The notes under the pieces: model-generated
The model's database searches: none
The model's input: the letters and a program-made list of their open reading frames with translations, nothing else
What the model was told of the DNA's origin: nothing
Virus record (IMG/VR): IMGVR_UViG_3300021425_000033
Location: 1 to 63,879 of that record
Direction: 5' to 3' (one strand)
Length of the DNA: 63,879 bases
DNA from: a virus
Lineage: Duplodnaviria; Caudoviricetes
Made by a program: the position numbers and the translations under genes
Shown: positions 18,206 to 28,656 of the stretch, one piece after another
Layout of the letters: every line of letters starts with the position of its first letter
How positions within the stretch are numbered: position 1 is the stretch's first letter

Positions 18206-20107
18206 ATGATAATATCCAGTCAGTTTAAAAAACTAACAAAAAAAGATATTTCTAAAATTTCGGACGATAAACTTAAAAATATCTTGACTATTTTCTCATC
18301 TAAGACTAATGAGGACGATATTGGGTACTTATTTAAAAGTTCTTTTTCCTTGAGGCAACGAGTATATATTAGATCAAAAGTTCTTCATGATTTTTCTTCA
18401 AGAAATGAAAACCAAAATATCACTGTTGATTTGATAGCAAAAACTATAAAGTCTACAATAGATGGGGAAGATTTAGAATCTCTTGGCAATGTAAACGATA
18501 TTAAAATACTTCTGAAAAAATATCTTTCCAATTATCAAAATAGAACAACAGTTGTCTATGGTACTTTATCAATTCTTGGTGAAGTTGTAACAATGTATGT
18601 TTGCAGTGAAAATTTACCAAAAGAAATGGATTTTTATGATTTTTTAGATCAAATTTATTTCTTAAAATGGCAACCAAATAGAAATTTAAATCATTTTAAT
18701 ATATATACCGACATTCCATTAAGTACCGAAAAAATTTCTTATATGTCGGCAATTTATGATAATGCAAAATATAATACAGGTTATTATGAATGGTTATATT
18801 CTGCATATTATAGTGCAAAGAAAATTATAGAAAAGTGTGGTAATGATGGCAAATCATATGAGTATTATCACGAATCTTCTGATTTTGTTAATTTTATAAA
18901 AAATCATTTTAAACAGGATAAAAATCGTTGCTTTACAATGATGGAAAACTATCAGAAAAGTGTTGGAAAAAAATTTTTTAGTGAATCTAATAAGTTATCT
19001 ACAGCAGACATTTATCTGGTGAAGAAGAATCAAAGACAAAATATTGAAAAAGCAATAAATCAAAAAGTAAAAATAGTAAATGATACTAAGATATTAAATC
19101 CAAGACATTATTTGGAATTGATAACTCAATTATATCGTGCAAAGATGATGTTTCCCGTTAGTTTGAAGCAGGTTAAAGTCAGCAATCCTCCATTTTCAAT
19201 ATTAAATTATAATTCCGTATATTTGCATGAAAATAAAGAAGATGATGATTGGTTTTTAACGGAAGTAAGATTTTTGATGCAATTATCAAAAAATAAACCG
19301 GAATTTGAAAAGTATTTGAACGACTTAATTTCGATAGAAAGTTTAACTCCAAATAATTATAAATTGTCACTGACTACACAATATTTTAATTTTACTTATA
19401 AAATTGAAAAACCAGGTAAATCAATTAAGCACTTGAATTATTTTATTGAGTTATTGCCAGGTGCTGGATCTGTTCTAATTAAACCAGGTAGACAAGGTGG
19501 ACCTTCAGAAACAACATCACAAACGGGGGAAGGTCAAGTAACTCTTAATGTTTTTAATGAAATGTCAAATCATCCCAGTTATAGATCTTCTTTTAATAGG
19601 GCATATCAAGAATTGATAAAAAATAGAATTAGCATTATTAATGAAATTGATGATAAAAACACCCAAGCAAAAACGATATTGAGAAAATCCAAACTTTTGT
19701 CAAAAGATGATTTTATTAAAATTATTGAATCTTTGAAAAATAAAACAAATAGATCTCGTTTCCTGATAAAATATGCAGATTATCTTATAGAAAAAGAAAT
19801 ACCATCAACTCTTACGCAAGGCATAAAAAACAAGTATAAGTTAATAAAACCAAGAAAAAGTGGAGATGTTGTTGCTGATAGAAATATAGATCAGTTTAGA
19901 AACTTGTTAATCAATATTGAATTCTTATATTTTTTATCTGCAAATCAATCAAATATCAAAGAATTGGTTAAGAAAAAAATAGTTATGAGCCTCCACTCCG
20001 CAGCATCTGGTAGAGGTTATTTGCTTTTATCGAGTTCGAGGATGGCAAGGGGAAAAGCATATTTGGATGATATTCAATCTGCTGTTACATTAAAAGTTGG
20101 AAGGTAG
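18206..20107 (+). CDS. Large low-GC late protein, putative PD-(D/E)XK nuclease fold
   Basis: NKLSTADIYLV...MFPVSLKQ resembles the phage ADI...SLK nuclease-like motif. Has its own late promoter. Confidence 0.5.
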   Translation: MIISSQFKKLTKKDISKISDDKLKNILTIFSSKTNEDDIGYLFKSSFSLRQRVYIRSKVLHDFSSRNENQNITVDLIAKTIKSTIDGEDLESLGNVNDIKILLKKYLSNYQNRTTVVYGTLSILGEVVTMYVCSENLPKEMDFYDFLDQIYFLKWQPNRNLNHFNIYTDIPLSTEKISYMSAIYDNAKYNTGYYEWLYSAYYSAKKIIEKCGNDGKSYEYYHESSDFVNFIKNHFKQDKNRCFTMMENYQKSVGKKFFSESNKLSTADIYLVKKNQRQNIEKAINQKVKIVNDTKILNPRHYLELITQLYRAKMMFPVSLKQVKVSNPPFSILNYNSVYLHENKEDDDWFLTEVRFLMQLSKNKPEFEKYLNDLISIESLTPNNYKLSLTTQYFNFTYKIEKPGKSIKHLNYFIELLPGAGSVLIKPGRQGGPSETTSQTGEGQVTLNVFNEMSNHPSYRSSFNRAYQELIKNRISIINEIDDKNTQAKTILRKSKLLSKDDFIKIIESLKNKTNRSRFLIKYADYLIEKEIPSTLTQGIKNKYKLIKPRKSGDVVADRNIDQFRNLLINIEFLYFLSANQSNIKELVKKKIVMSLHSAASGRGYLLLSSSRMARGKAYLDDIQSAVTLKVGR

Positions 20108-20162
20108 GACACCTAAACAACTGGCACATTAAATGGCATTTTTCAAGAATCTGTGATAAATT
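20107..20162 (+). promoter_or_regulatory. Early-type element E5
   Basis: ggacacctaaacaactggcac, then taaatt at 20157. Confidence 0.6.
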
Positions 20163-20183
20163 GAATGTAGTTGAGAAATTTCC

Positions 20184-20399
20184 ATGTCATTAGAACGAAA
20201 GTTTTTGGAATCTGAGTATGGTAAAGATGTCATAGATTTTTACCTAAAGAATGTCTCCAATAAATTGGATTACTTTTCAGTAAGATATTGCGAAGATATT
20301 AAAGAGGATCCTCAAGATACATATTCTTACATCTGGGATCCAATATCCAAATCTACATTTCTAACTGAAAATGAGATTGGTGATTTGGAGGAAGGTTGA
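20184..20399 (+). CDS. Small hypothetical protein
   Basis: 71-aa ORF lying between E5 and E6. Confidence 0.6.
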   Translation: MSLERKFLESEYGKDVIDFYLKNVSNKLDYFSVRYCEDIKEDPQDTYSYIWDPISKSTFLTENEIGDLEEG

Positions 20400-20465
20400 C
20401 AATCTCAAAACTGGCACACAGTCTTGCCAAACCACCAGGATCTCCTGTATATTAAAAGAGTCAAA
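20396..20465 (+). promoter_or_regulatory. Early-type element E6
   Basis: ttgacaatctcaaaactggcac, then cctgTATATTaaaagagtcaaa. Confidence 0.8.
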
Positions 20466-20477
20466 AACAAACCACTA

Positions 20478-20516
20478 ATGGCAACTCGTTCACGCATAGG
20501 AAAACTCACTGTTTAG
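20478..20516 (+). pseudogene. Truncated remnant MATRSRIGKLTV*
   Basis: First ATG after E6. MATRSRIG is the start of a widespread phage protein family (from recall), here stopped after 12 codons. Confidence 0.5.
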
Positions 20517-20568
20517 TCTTATGCTATCCAGAGCATTGGCACGAGTTAGAATATATCAAGAGTAGGAA

Positions 20569-20811
20569 ATGTCAAAAAGAAAAAATGCATGGAGATGGTG
20601 GGCAAAGGCAATAGGAGAGAAGGCAAGTAAAGATGACAAAGAATCAGATGTCGTTGCTATTGTACGGACTGTTATATTCCTCACTTATCTCATTACTAAC
20701 TGTTTTATTGTTTCTGGAGTAATTCGACACTGGAATGATGTACCGAGTGAACTATCTCAAACCAAAGAAAAAAGGTTATGCCAAACAGACAGCAACCTTT
20801 CTAAAGATTGA
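20569..20811 (+). CDS. Small membrane-associated hypothetical protein
   Basis: WRWWAKAIGEKAS...VAIVRTVIFLTYLITNCFIVSGVIRHW hydrophobic helix. Confidence 0.7.
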   Translation: MSKRKNAWRWWAKAIGEKASKDDKESDVVAIVRTVIFLTYLITNCFIVSGVIRHWNDVPSELSQTKEKRLCQTDSNLSKD

Positions 20812-20857
20812 AGACGCAATCTTCTGGGAAGAACATGTAAAGAAAAACCTGGATGCA

Positions 20858-20927
20858 GTGGACACTCAGATTACTGTCCACTGATTTGACCACTGTCCCC
20901 CGATTCCTGTATATTAAAAGAGTCAAA
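20858..20927 (+). promoter_or_regulatory. Early-type element E7
   Basis: gtggacactcagattactgtccac, then cctgTATATTaaaagagtcaaa. Confidence 0.8.
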
Positions 20928-20939
20928 CAACTGACACCT

Positions 20940-21300
20940 ATGGATTATTTCATCAACGATCAACAAATTGAAGAACTGGTCAACTTTGATTATGTCTGTG
21001 AAGATCTTGCAGACTTGATTGAAGAAGAACAAGACTTCGGCATGAACGAATACCTCAAGTCCAACATTGATTACTGATCTAATGAATCCTCCCACCTCCA
21101 CTGTTAATGTCCTGCCTCATCTCAAAGAACTTCGTGAGAAGTGGAGGCAGCAAGATTTCCGACTCACTAAAGAACAGCAAGAAGAATATGATATTCTCTT
21201 GCAAGCACGTCGGGAACGTGTCAAATACTTTTACGACAACGGTTTGGTTCAAGTTGGTCCCAAAGTGACTAAAAAGGCACAAGAAGACCTGGACGATTGA
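20940..21300 (+). other. Two small hypothetical ORFs (20940-21077 and about 21082-21300)
   Basis: Lie between E7 and E8. Confidence 0.6.
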
Positions 21301-21347
21301 ACAAGTGGCACAGAGGGTCTCCTGGAGGTCTCTCTGTGCTTTATATT
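21290..21347 (+). promoter_or_regulatory. Early-type element E8
   Basis: tggacgattgaacaagtggcac, hairpin gcacagag...ctctgtgc, then TATATT at 21342. Confidence 0.75.
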
Positions 21348-21368
21348 ATCTACATCAACGGAACACGA

Positions 21369-22562
21369 ATGACTCTGACCCTGCGACCACATCAACAACG
21401 CATCCTTGATCGTATGCTTGCTTATGCTAAGGGTCAAATTGTTGTCCCTACTGGTGGTGGTAAAACATTGACTATGATTGTTGATACTAAAGATCGTCAT
21501 GATCGTATCAACAATGGCACAACCACAGTTGTTGTTGCTCCTCGTATTCTTTTGGCAGAACAACTGTGCTCTGAGTTTTTGGAGATTATTGATACTACCT
21601 ATACTCATGTGATGCATGTTCATAGTGGTGAGACACACCACTATTCTTCTACTAAACCCGAACAGATTCACCTGTTTGCTAACACTGCAAGAACTGCTGG
21701 TGAGAATGTAATCATCTTCACCACTTACAATTCTCTTGATCGTGTTCGTCAAGCAGATATTGAAGTGAATACCATTTACTTTGATGAAGCACACAATTCC
21801 GTGAAGAAGAACTTCTTCGGTGCTACTGAGTTCTTTGCTGGTGCAGCAGATCGTTGCTACTTCTACACTGCAACTCCCAAACATTCTCTCACTCCTAAGA
21901 AACCAGGCATGAACTGGGGAGATGTTTATGGTCAAGTGCTGTGCAATGTTCCTGCTCCTGAACTTGTCGAACAGGGTTACATTCTTCCTCCCAAAGTTGT
22001 AGTCAAGCAACTGCCTTTGATCAAAGGTCGTAAGGTAATGTGGGCAGAGGATAGTGTCAACCTATTGGAAACGATTGATGACAACAACATCGACAAGACT
22101 TTGATCTGTGCTCGTACTACCAAGCAAATCATTGGACTGATCAGCAACTCTGACTTTTGCGTTCAACTTGCACAACGTGGTTATTCTTGGATGACGATTA
22201 CATCCAAGACTGGTGCAATCATTGATGGTAAGAAGGTCAATCGTGAGCAATTCTTTGAGACTCTCAATGCATGGGGCAAGGATTCTTCTAAGAAGTTCGT
22301 TGTGATTCACCACAGTATTCTGTCTGAAGGTATCAACGTCAATGGACTGGAAGCAGTCATCTTCATGCGTAACATGGATTACATTGGTATCAGTCAGTCT
22401 ATTGGTCGTGTGATTCGTTTGGGTGCTGATACCAAGACGTTTGGTCTTGTTTGCATCCCAACTTATGACTCCGTTGGTATCAGCACTGCCCGTAAAGTTC
22501 AGGCAGTTGTTGATGTCGTGTTTAATCAAGGTCAACCTGCAATTTCAGAGATCAAACGATGA
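21369..22562 (+). CDS. SF2 DEAH helicase (ResIII-like), paralog of 10059
   Basis: LRPHQ, PTGGGKT, VAPRILLAEQ, DEAH, YTATP, ILSEGINV and QSIGRVIR. Confidence 0.9.
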   Translation: MTLTLRPHQQRILDRMLAYAKGQIVVPTGGGKTLTMIVDTKDRHDRINNGTTTVVVAPRILLAEQLCSEFLEIIDTTYTHVMHVHSGETHHYSSTKPEQIHLFANTARTAGENVIIFTTYNSLDRVRQADIEVNTIYFDEAHNSVKKNFFGATEFFAGAADRCYFYTATPKHSLTPKKPGMNWGDVYGQVLCNVPAPELVEQGYILPPKVVVKQLPLIKGRKVMWAEDSVNLLETIDDNNIDKTLICARTTKQIIGLISNSDFCVQLAQRGYSWMTITSKTGAIIDGKKVNREQFFETLNAWGKDSSKKFVVIHHSILSEGINVNGLEAVIFMRNMDYIGISQSIGRVIRLGADTKTFGLVCIPTYDSVGISTARKVQAVVDVVFNQGQPAISEIKR

Positions 22563-22762
22563 ATTACACCAGAGAACAACTAATTGATGCACTTCAACGG
22601 GAGTATGTGTTTCTCTGCCACGATGATTATGAACCATTTGAAGATATGACAGCAGAGGAACATTTCGAGTGGTTGCATACTCTATCCGATGAAGATCTGA
22701 TCGAAGGGACATGCACCGATGAAATATATTCTCTTAAAGAATATATGAATCACTGGGGGTAG
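22559..22762 (+). CDS. Small acidic hypothetical protein
   Basis: 67-aa ORF overlapping the helicase stop. Confidence 0.6.
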   Translation: MNYTREQLIDALQREYVFLCHDDYEPFEDMTAEEHFEWLHTLSDEDLIEGTCTDEIYSLKEYMNHWG

Positions 22763-22835
22763 TGTGCCAGTTGGTCAAACTGTCCACTAATCTCCCCACT
22801 GGGATCAATCTTCTGTATATTAGAACAGTCAAAGG
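22762..22835 (+). promoter_or_regulatory. Early-type element E9
   Basis: gtgtgccagttggtcaaactgtccac, then ctgTATATTagaacagtcaaagg. Confidence 0.8.
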
Positions 22836-22846
22836 AGCACAACCTC

Positions 22847-23398
22847 ATGCATCTCATCGACCATCTTGAAACCCAAGTCGAGTGGGGCAAAGTGTTTGGA
22901 ATCGTGGATTCTCTCTACACTGATCCAGGATTCTCTTCCAATGCTGATAATTTTGCCCGTGCAACTGCTGTTGAAAAAGCACTCGCAAAGTATTCTGGTC
23001 TCGTTCGTGTAGATCAGACTGGTTACGATTTTGTCTACAACGATGACAAGATTGAAATGAAAATGGGCAAGAATTTGTTCTTCAAACGTAAGGACATTCA
23101 TGCCACTAAGAAGTTCAAAGTCAAATCTTTTCTCAGTGAAAAGAAAACCGTTGAAGATTTCAGGCAAACTAAAACCTTCGACTACATGTTGGTGGTAGAT
23201 CTTACTGCTCGTCGTGTGGTAGTTGTTGAGGATGAGAAAGCACGATCTTTGTACCAAGAGGGTGCAGATGGTGCTATGATTGAACTGAAACTCGGTGATT
23301 ACTATGAGTGTGATCTTGGGAAGTTCAATGTAGTCAAACCTCCCACACTTTTGTCTGAAGGTATCAACAACGCAATCGAATCTTACCTGGAGTTCTGA
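22847..23398 (+). CDS. Putative PD-(D/E)XK (type II REase-like) nuclease
   Basis: AVE...QTGYDFVYNDDKIEMK (E...D-x-ExK pattern) and FDYMLVVD. Confidence 0.5.
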   Translation: MHLIDHLETQVEWGKVFGIVDSLYTDPGFSSNADNFARATAVEKALAKYSGLVRVDQTGYDFVYNDDKIEMKMGKNLFFKRKDIHATKKFKVKSFLSEKKTVEDFRQTKTFDYMLVVDLTARRVVVVEDEKARSLYQEGADGAMIELKLGDYYECDLGKFNVVKPPTLLSEGINNAIESYLEF

Positions 23399-23401
23399 TC
23401 A

Positions 23402-24289
23402 ATGAAAAACACACACTTGCAACACCCTGAAGATTCCATTCTGACTGGTGATCTTACCGTTCTGGATTGGTTCCTTGCTAAGAGTGATCTTTCCGTGAAG
23501 ATTGACGGTTCTCCCGCTATTGTTTGGGGCACCAATCCTGCCACTGGTAATTTCTTTGTCGGCACAAAATCTGTCTTCAATAAAGTAAAGATCAAAATCA
23601 ATGAAACGCACGATGACATTGATTGCAACCATTCTGGGGTTGTTGCTGATATTTTACACCACTGTTTTGATTGCCTTCCTAATTTCGACGGGATTGTTCA
23701 AGGTGATTTTATTGGTTTTGGTGGTGATGATACTTTTTGCCCCAATACGATTACTTATGTCTTTGATGAAATAATTGACCAGAACATTATCATTGCACCA
23801 CACACATTGTATGCAACTGATGATGAGATGAAGGACTGCTATGTTATCAATGACATGGTGGACATGGAGATCTTTGAAGACACTGAGATCTGCAAGTTCG
23901 TGCAACCTCGTGCATGGCAACTCGATGAAGATTTCTCTGAGATTGTTGGTTTTGCACGACAGATGTCCCAGTTGGTTACTTTCGTGAATGAGAAGGAAGC
24001 AACTGAATTGAAGAAGCAACTTAATGCTTGTATTCGTGAAGGACTCGAAGTTGTGCCTGAAACGTTCAACAACTCTCTGTTGATTAGTTACTGGTTTCTG
24101 ATCAAATCAATCAAGGAGGACATGCTCTACCTGTGTCGCAATAACGGTCCCGAAGCATACATCGGCAACGAACAATGTGGTGGTGAGGGTTATGTTCGCA
24201 TGAATGAGTTTGGTATGTTCAAACTCGTTAATCGTGAGCAATTCTCTCATGCAAACTTTAACAATGCGAAACATCAGTGTGCCAGTTGA
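23402..24289 (+). CDS. DUF6267-like protein (ligase/nucleotidyltransferase-like KxDG)
   Basis: KNTHLQHPED...SVKIDGSPAIVWG...FFVGTKSVFNK...QGDF...PNTITY...EGYV...KLVNR. Confidence 0.7.
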   Translation: MKNTHLQHPEDSILTGDLTVLDWFLAKSDLSVKIDGSPAIVWGTNPATGNFFVGTKSVFNKVKIKINETHDDIDCNHSGVVADILHHCFDCLPNFDGIVQGDFIGFGGDDTFCPNTITYVFDEIIDQNIIIAPHTLYATDDEMKDCYVINDMVDMEIFEDTEICKFVQPRAWQLDEDFSEIVGFARQMSQLVTFVNEKEATELKKQLNACIREGLEVVPETFNNSLLISYWFLIKSIKEDMLYLCRNNGPEAYIGNEQCGGEGYVRMNEFGMFKLVNREQFSHANFNNAKHQCAS

Positions 24290-24350
24290 TTGAAGTGTCC
24301 ACTAATCTCCCCACGGGCATCGTTTCCGTGTATTCTATAAGAGTCAAAGG
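24277..24350 (+). promoter_or_regulatory. Early-type element E10
   Basis: gtgtgccagttgattgaagtgtccactaatctcccc, then TATTCTataagagtcaaagg. Confidence 0.8.
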
Positions 24351-24362
24351 AACACCACTCAA

Positions 24363-25677
24363 ATGACGATCACCAAACAACAAGCACTTTCCCAGTTTCG
24401 TTACAACTGGAAAGTCATCACTATTGCACATCCTAAACTGAAAGGTGACATTGTTTGGAAACGTACAGAGTGGAATGACTTCACCGATGCACTCTGCAAA
24501 GAGGGTTACATTTCCGAGAATCAGTATAACACCTGGACTAATCCTTTCTGATTTCGTTCTCTTCCACTGATCAAACAAATGACTGCAATGCTGACTCAAA
24601 CCAAACCTCAATTCTTGACTGATGCACTCATCGAAGTGCTGAACAGTGAGTGGAAAGTTAATTCCATTGAATCTGGTCACTCTTGTTATTACCAAGTTGA
24701 AGCAAAAGTCGGTCGTAAGTACACCAAACTGATGACTTATTTGGTTTCTGGTGGTGTTCGTCAACGTGGTCGTTCTGCTTACATGTTTGTAGACAATACC
24801 ACTGGTGCATGTTACAAACCTGCATCGGTTAAAGCACCCGCAAAGGGTATTCGTTGCTATATTGATCAACTGGCAGATCATCCTGATGCTTGTGATCAAT
24901 ACGGTTCTTTCCTCTACATTCGGTGATCAACATGCAATTCCAAGTTACACAAATCGAGTTCGACTTTGATGATGCTCTCCACCCCATGACTGAGGTGGAG
25001 ATGAGTGAAGTTTATGAAGATTACATTGGTACATTTTGGGAGGCAGATGACGGTGATGATCTAGTCGAAGAGATTACATCTGCATCTGGTTGGTGCATCA
25101 AGTCCATTGATTATCGTCACATCCTTAACTGAAATGTACATTCCCCAAACTGACTGGAATCGCGGCACTTACCGTGAGTTGAAAGCACTCTTGAATGAGT
25201 TGCCTGAGCATTACCTGGACCAAACTGCAACGGTTATGTTATCAGATAGTGACGAATATACCGATATTCGATCTATTGGTTGGACTGGTCCTGCCTGTGA
25301 TGTGCTAGACTCTGATCACATGTTCTTCTCTATTAACGCCTGAGATTCATGAACACTGGTTACACTTTGAACCGAGTTGAGTTCACTCAAGACGAGGAAA
25401 CTTGCATCCTTAAGTTTCTTCGTGATGCACAAGAATGTGGGTATCCTAGTGCTAACGAACCATGGTATCCAGTTATTAACAACATCATGAGAAAGTATTA
25501 CGATTCAGACATCAAGGAGTATCAATTCCCCCAATGAAATGCGAAGTTAAATTGTATGTTGCTGGCAAAGTCTTCACTGAGGAAGTGTATGCCAAAAACT
25601 ACCAAGATGCAAGAGAAGTTGCACTTGCTCGCAATCCTAATGCAAAAGTGATAGGAGTGACAGCAAAGTTCAACTGA
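24363..25677 (+). other. Cassette of small ORFs (24363, 24579, about 24932, about 25134, 25349, 25534)
   Basis: 24579 carries GRKY.K...FVD..TG..YKPAS.KAPAKG.R, a widespread phage motif. The others are hypothetical. Confidence 0.65.
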
Positions 25678-25690
25678 GAGTATAAACAAT

Positions 25691-25772
25691 GTGTGCCACA
25701 TGTATTAGTGGCACAGTAAAAGAGCACAAGCATCAATTTCCTGTATTCTTAAAGAGTCAAAGGTTTTTCACC
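25691..25772 (+). promoter_or_regulatory. Early-type element E11
   Basis: gtgtgccacatgtattagtggcac, then cctgTATTCTtaaagagtcaaaggtttttcacc. Confidence 0.85.
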
Positions 25773-25773
25773 A

Positions 25774-26453
25774 ATGCAACTGACTTCTCAAGGACAATCC
25801 CGTGCAATGGTTGTTGAGTTTCGTCCTCACAACATTCTGACCGATAAGTTTGTTTATACTCTCAAGTTTATGGGAGATGAGCAAACCAAGTCGATGCGAT
25901 TGATGAGCAAGAAAGAAATGATTGAGACTGTCAATGCACGTCTTGATCTTAACTATGAGGTGACAGATTTCCTGACTGAACCTCAAGAATACTTCCCTTG
26001 TGCTTGTTAATTTGTGTCATTGATTAAAACCCACCTTCATACTCAACGAACAACGATGTCTGAAGTTCTTGAACTGAATCAAGCAGAGATTCGTGCTCTG
26101 TTGGATCTCATTGAGTTTCATGATGATTGGAACGAAGTGAGTGAAATTGTAGGAGTAGATGTATCTGCTCTTTATGATAAAGTTTCTTCTTGTGTAACTT
26201 ACTGATTCAAATGATTTCCCTTCCTAATCCCACAAACAAAATGACAATGAACGAGTCTGATCTTTTCACTCTTAAAGAGAACTATTGCAACCATATCATC
26301 GACGGGATGGATATGGATTGCCTTGTGCAGATGTGCCATGATTTGTTAATGGATGCATACCAAGATTGCACAGAGGAAGATCTGAAGGAAGAAATTGTGG
26401 ATCTTTATGATACTGAACTGTGGGAAGATTTGGTTGAAAGTGTAGAGAACTGA
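25774..26453 (+). other. Cassette of three small ORFs (25774, about 26056, about 26211)
   Basis: Lie between E11 and E12. Confidence 0.6.
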
Positions 26454-26531
26454 ACCAGTTGGGGAAGTGTCACACTAAAAGAGCACTGCCCCCAATTTCC
26501 TGTATTGTTAAAGAGTCAAAGGTTTTTCACC
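26451..26531 (+). promoter_or_regulatory. Early-type element E12
   Basis: tgaaccagttggggaagtgtcac, then cctgTATTGTtaaagagtcaaaggtttttcacc. Confidence 0.85.
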
Positions 26532-26534
26532 GAA

Positions 26535-26762
26535 ATGACTGTCATCAACCAACCCCGAATCATCAACGGCACCGAATACCCTACTCCAACTGTTGATGGT
26601 ATGGACCGTTGCCAGATTAACACTCGTTTGCATTACATCAACGAAGAAATGTCTAAACTTCGTGCCACTCAAGAGGCACTGATTGAGATGCGTCAGCAAC
26701 TCGATCGTCACAACGAAATGCTGGAGATGGGTGATCTGTTCGATGAAATGTTCGGAGGTTGA
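26535..26762 (+). CDS. Small coiled-coil hypothetical protein
   Basis: First ORF after E12. Ends LFDEMFGG, similar to the ending of 30703 (LYKEMFGN). Confidence 0.6.
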   Translation: MTVINQPRIINGTEYPTPTVDGMDRCQINTRLHYINEEMSKLRATQEALIEMRQQLDRHNEMLEMGDLFDEMFGG

Positions 26763-26763
26763 G

Positions 26764-27132
26764 ATGTTATTTGTTTCTGGACAATCCCCTGATCTGAATC
26801 TCACTCATCAAGTGTATGAGTTCTTTACATCAAAGTACGAGATTACGAGAGATGTTGAGGTTTATCACACTGACTTAAGTGATGATAATGCCTTTGGATT
26901 TACAGAGGAGAATGGTGAAGAACAGTTTGTGCAGATTCATAACAATCTGAATCAGACTGACTATGTGATTACATTACTGCACGAACTTGTCCATGTTGTT
27001 CAGAATGAAAGAGGAGAATATGATGATGAAAAGAGAGAAGAAGAAGCATACAGAATGGAGGGAGTTCTTTATAGTGAGTTTCTCCACAGTTGTGAACAAC
27101 AATATGTGCCACATGTTTTAGTGGCACAGTAA
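26764..27132 (+). CDS. Zincin-like metallopeptidase (HExxH), paralog of 7718
   Basis: TLLHELVHVVQ...REEEAYRME. Confidence 0.7.
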   Translation: MLFVSGQSPDLNLTHQVYEFFTSKYEITRDVEVYHTDLSDDNAFGFTEENGEEQFVQIHNNLNQTDYVITLLHELVHVVQNERGEYDDEKREEEAYRMEGVLYSEFLHSCEQQYVPHVLVAQ

Positions 27133-27177
27133 ATGAGCACAGTCCCCAATTTCCTGTATTCTTAAAGAGTCAAAGGA
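27105..27177 (+). promoter_or_regulatory. Early-type element E13 (near-copy of E11)
   Basis: gtgccacatgttttagtggcacagtaaa, then cctgTATTCTtaaagagtcaaagg. Confidence 0.85.
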
Positions 27178-27186
27178 ACACAACCG

Positions 27187-28586
27187 ATGCAAACCATCAT
27201 CCAACACACAACCAACCCGAAAGAGATTGAGATTGGTGTGGAGTTTTTTCTTCCTACAGATGCACCACACTGGATTCCTAATGGGTTTGAAACTATCAGT
27301 GCGATTGTTGATAGTGAGGACCATGATGATGATCCTATTGTTGTTGAGGATGAAATTGCAGAAGCATGGTGTAAATCTCAAGGTGTAGTTTTCTCTCAAG
27401 TTATCAACGAACCCTGAGGTTCTTAATTAACATCAACCCCACTACATTTCTTTCATCATGACTGCATCATTCACTGACGAACAGATCAATGCCCTTTGTT
27501 ATCAACCTTATTGGTACAATATGGGACTGGATGATCGTATCACACTGGAAGCAATTCTTAAAGAATACATTGAAGCAAACCCTGATGATATACTTGCCAT
27601 TGATGCAAAGTATCTTCTGGAAATTGTCCAAAATCCTATCTTCAAGAAGTACAAAGATGTGATTCATTGTGGAGTTTCTCACTGAAAATCATGACTGCGT
27701 TTGTATCACCCAAGTCCAAAAAGGCAAAGAATCGATTCTGTAATCTGATGGAATCGAATCCTGAATGTATCATTGAACAGAACAAAGGTGATCGTGTCTT
27801 TCTACGATCACTCAATGGCAAAAACTTTTTCTGGGTTTCACTCAACAACGATTCTGATTGGAGCATTGAACTATGAATCTCTACATCATCTCCGACGTTC
27901 TTTACGATTACACTTCTGGAATGTGTGTGATTGCTGCCGAATCTTTGCCCCGTTGTGAACAAATCTTTATGAAAAAGTTTGGAGATTCTACATCTTCTTA
28001 CATCAAAGAAAGTAAGCAAAAAGAGTTCAATGAAGCAGCAATTAAGGTGATTGAAAGTGTCAATCATCCTGAAGGTGTTGTGTCCTATGTTTATGGTGGA
28101 GGTTGAGTTCTAATGACTATCGGAATCTTTTTTCTCATTGGTTACATCATGGGTGCAAGTCAAGTGCTCATTGTTCGTCAGATTCTCAAGTAATTTCCCC
28201 CACTCATTAAACTCATGACTGACATTCAACAACATCAAGAGTACAACAAACTCCTAATCCTGATGGCAAGGGAACAACTGATGGAGGACATTGATTGTAT
28301 CATCACTGATTACTTTGCAGAGTACGATGTCAACTATGATGGTGAACTTGTGAAGATTTTGTGTGATGCTGTCTGCCGTAACTTCCCCACTAACTGAATC
28401 ATGACTGACATTCAAAAGGATACAATGCTTGCCAACATTCTGGAGCAAGTACACTCACAGATCATGTATTTGACTGAAGAAGGTAGACTTGATGATGCAG
28501 TTGCATTGTATGAAGAATGGGAAGAACATTTCGATGAGAGTATAATGGAAGTTCATGTGGTAACTATCAACAATTTGTGCCAATAG
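27187..28586 (+). other. Cassette of small ORFs (27187, 27458, 27691, 27873, about 28113, 28215, 28401)
   Basis: Lie between E13 and E14. 27691 is a paralog of 12002. 28401 shares RLDD..ALY.E with 15691. Confidence 0.6.
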
Positions 28587-28646
28587 TTTTAGTGTCACAC
28601 TAAAAGAGCACAGGGATCTAAAACCTGTATATTAAAAGAGTCAAAA
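28577..28646 (+). promoter_or_regulatory. Early-type element E14
   Basis: gtgccaatagttttagtgtcac, then cctgTATATTaaaagagtcaaa. Confidence 0.85.
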
Positions 28647-28656
28647 GAGTTCACTC

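Noticed and set aside
21249-24899. Long minus-strand ORFs (21249-22010, 22062-22535, 24258-24899 and similar elsewhere)
   Set aside because: They are antisense shadows of well-supported + strand genes, with no motifs or expression signals.
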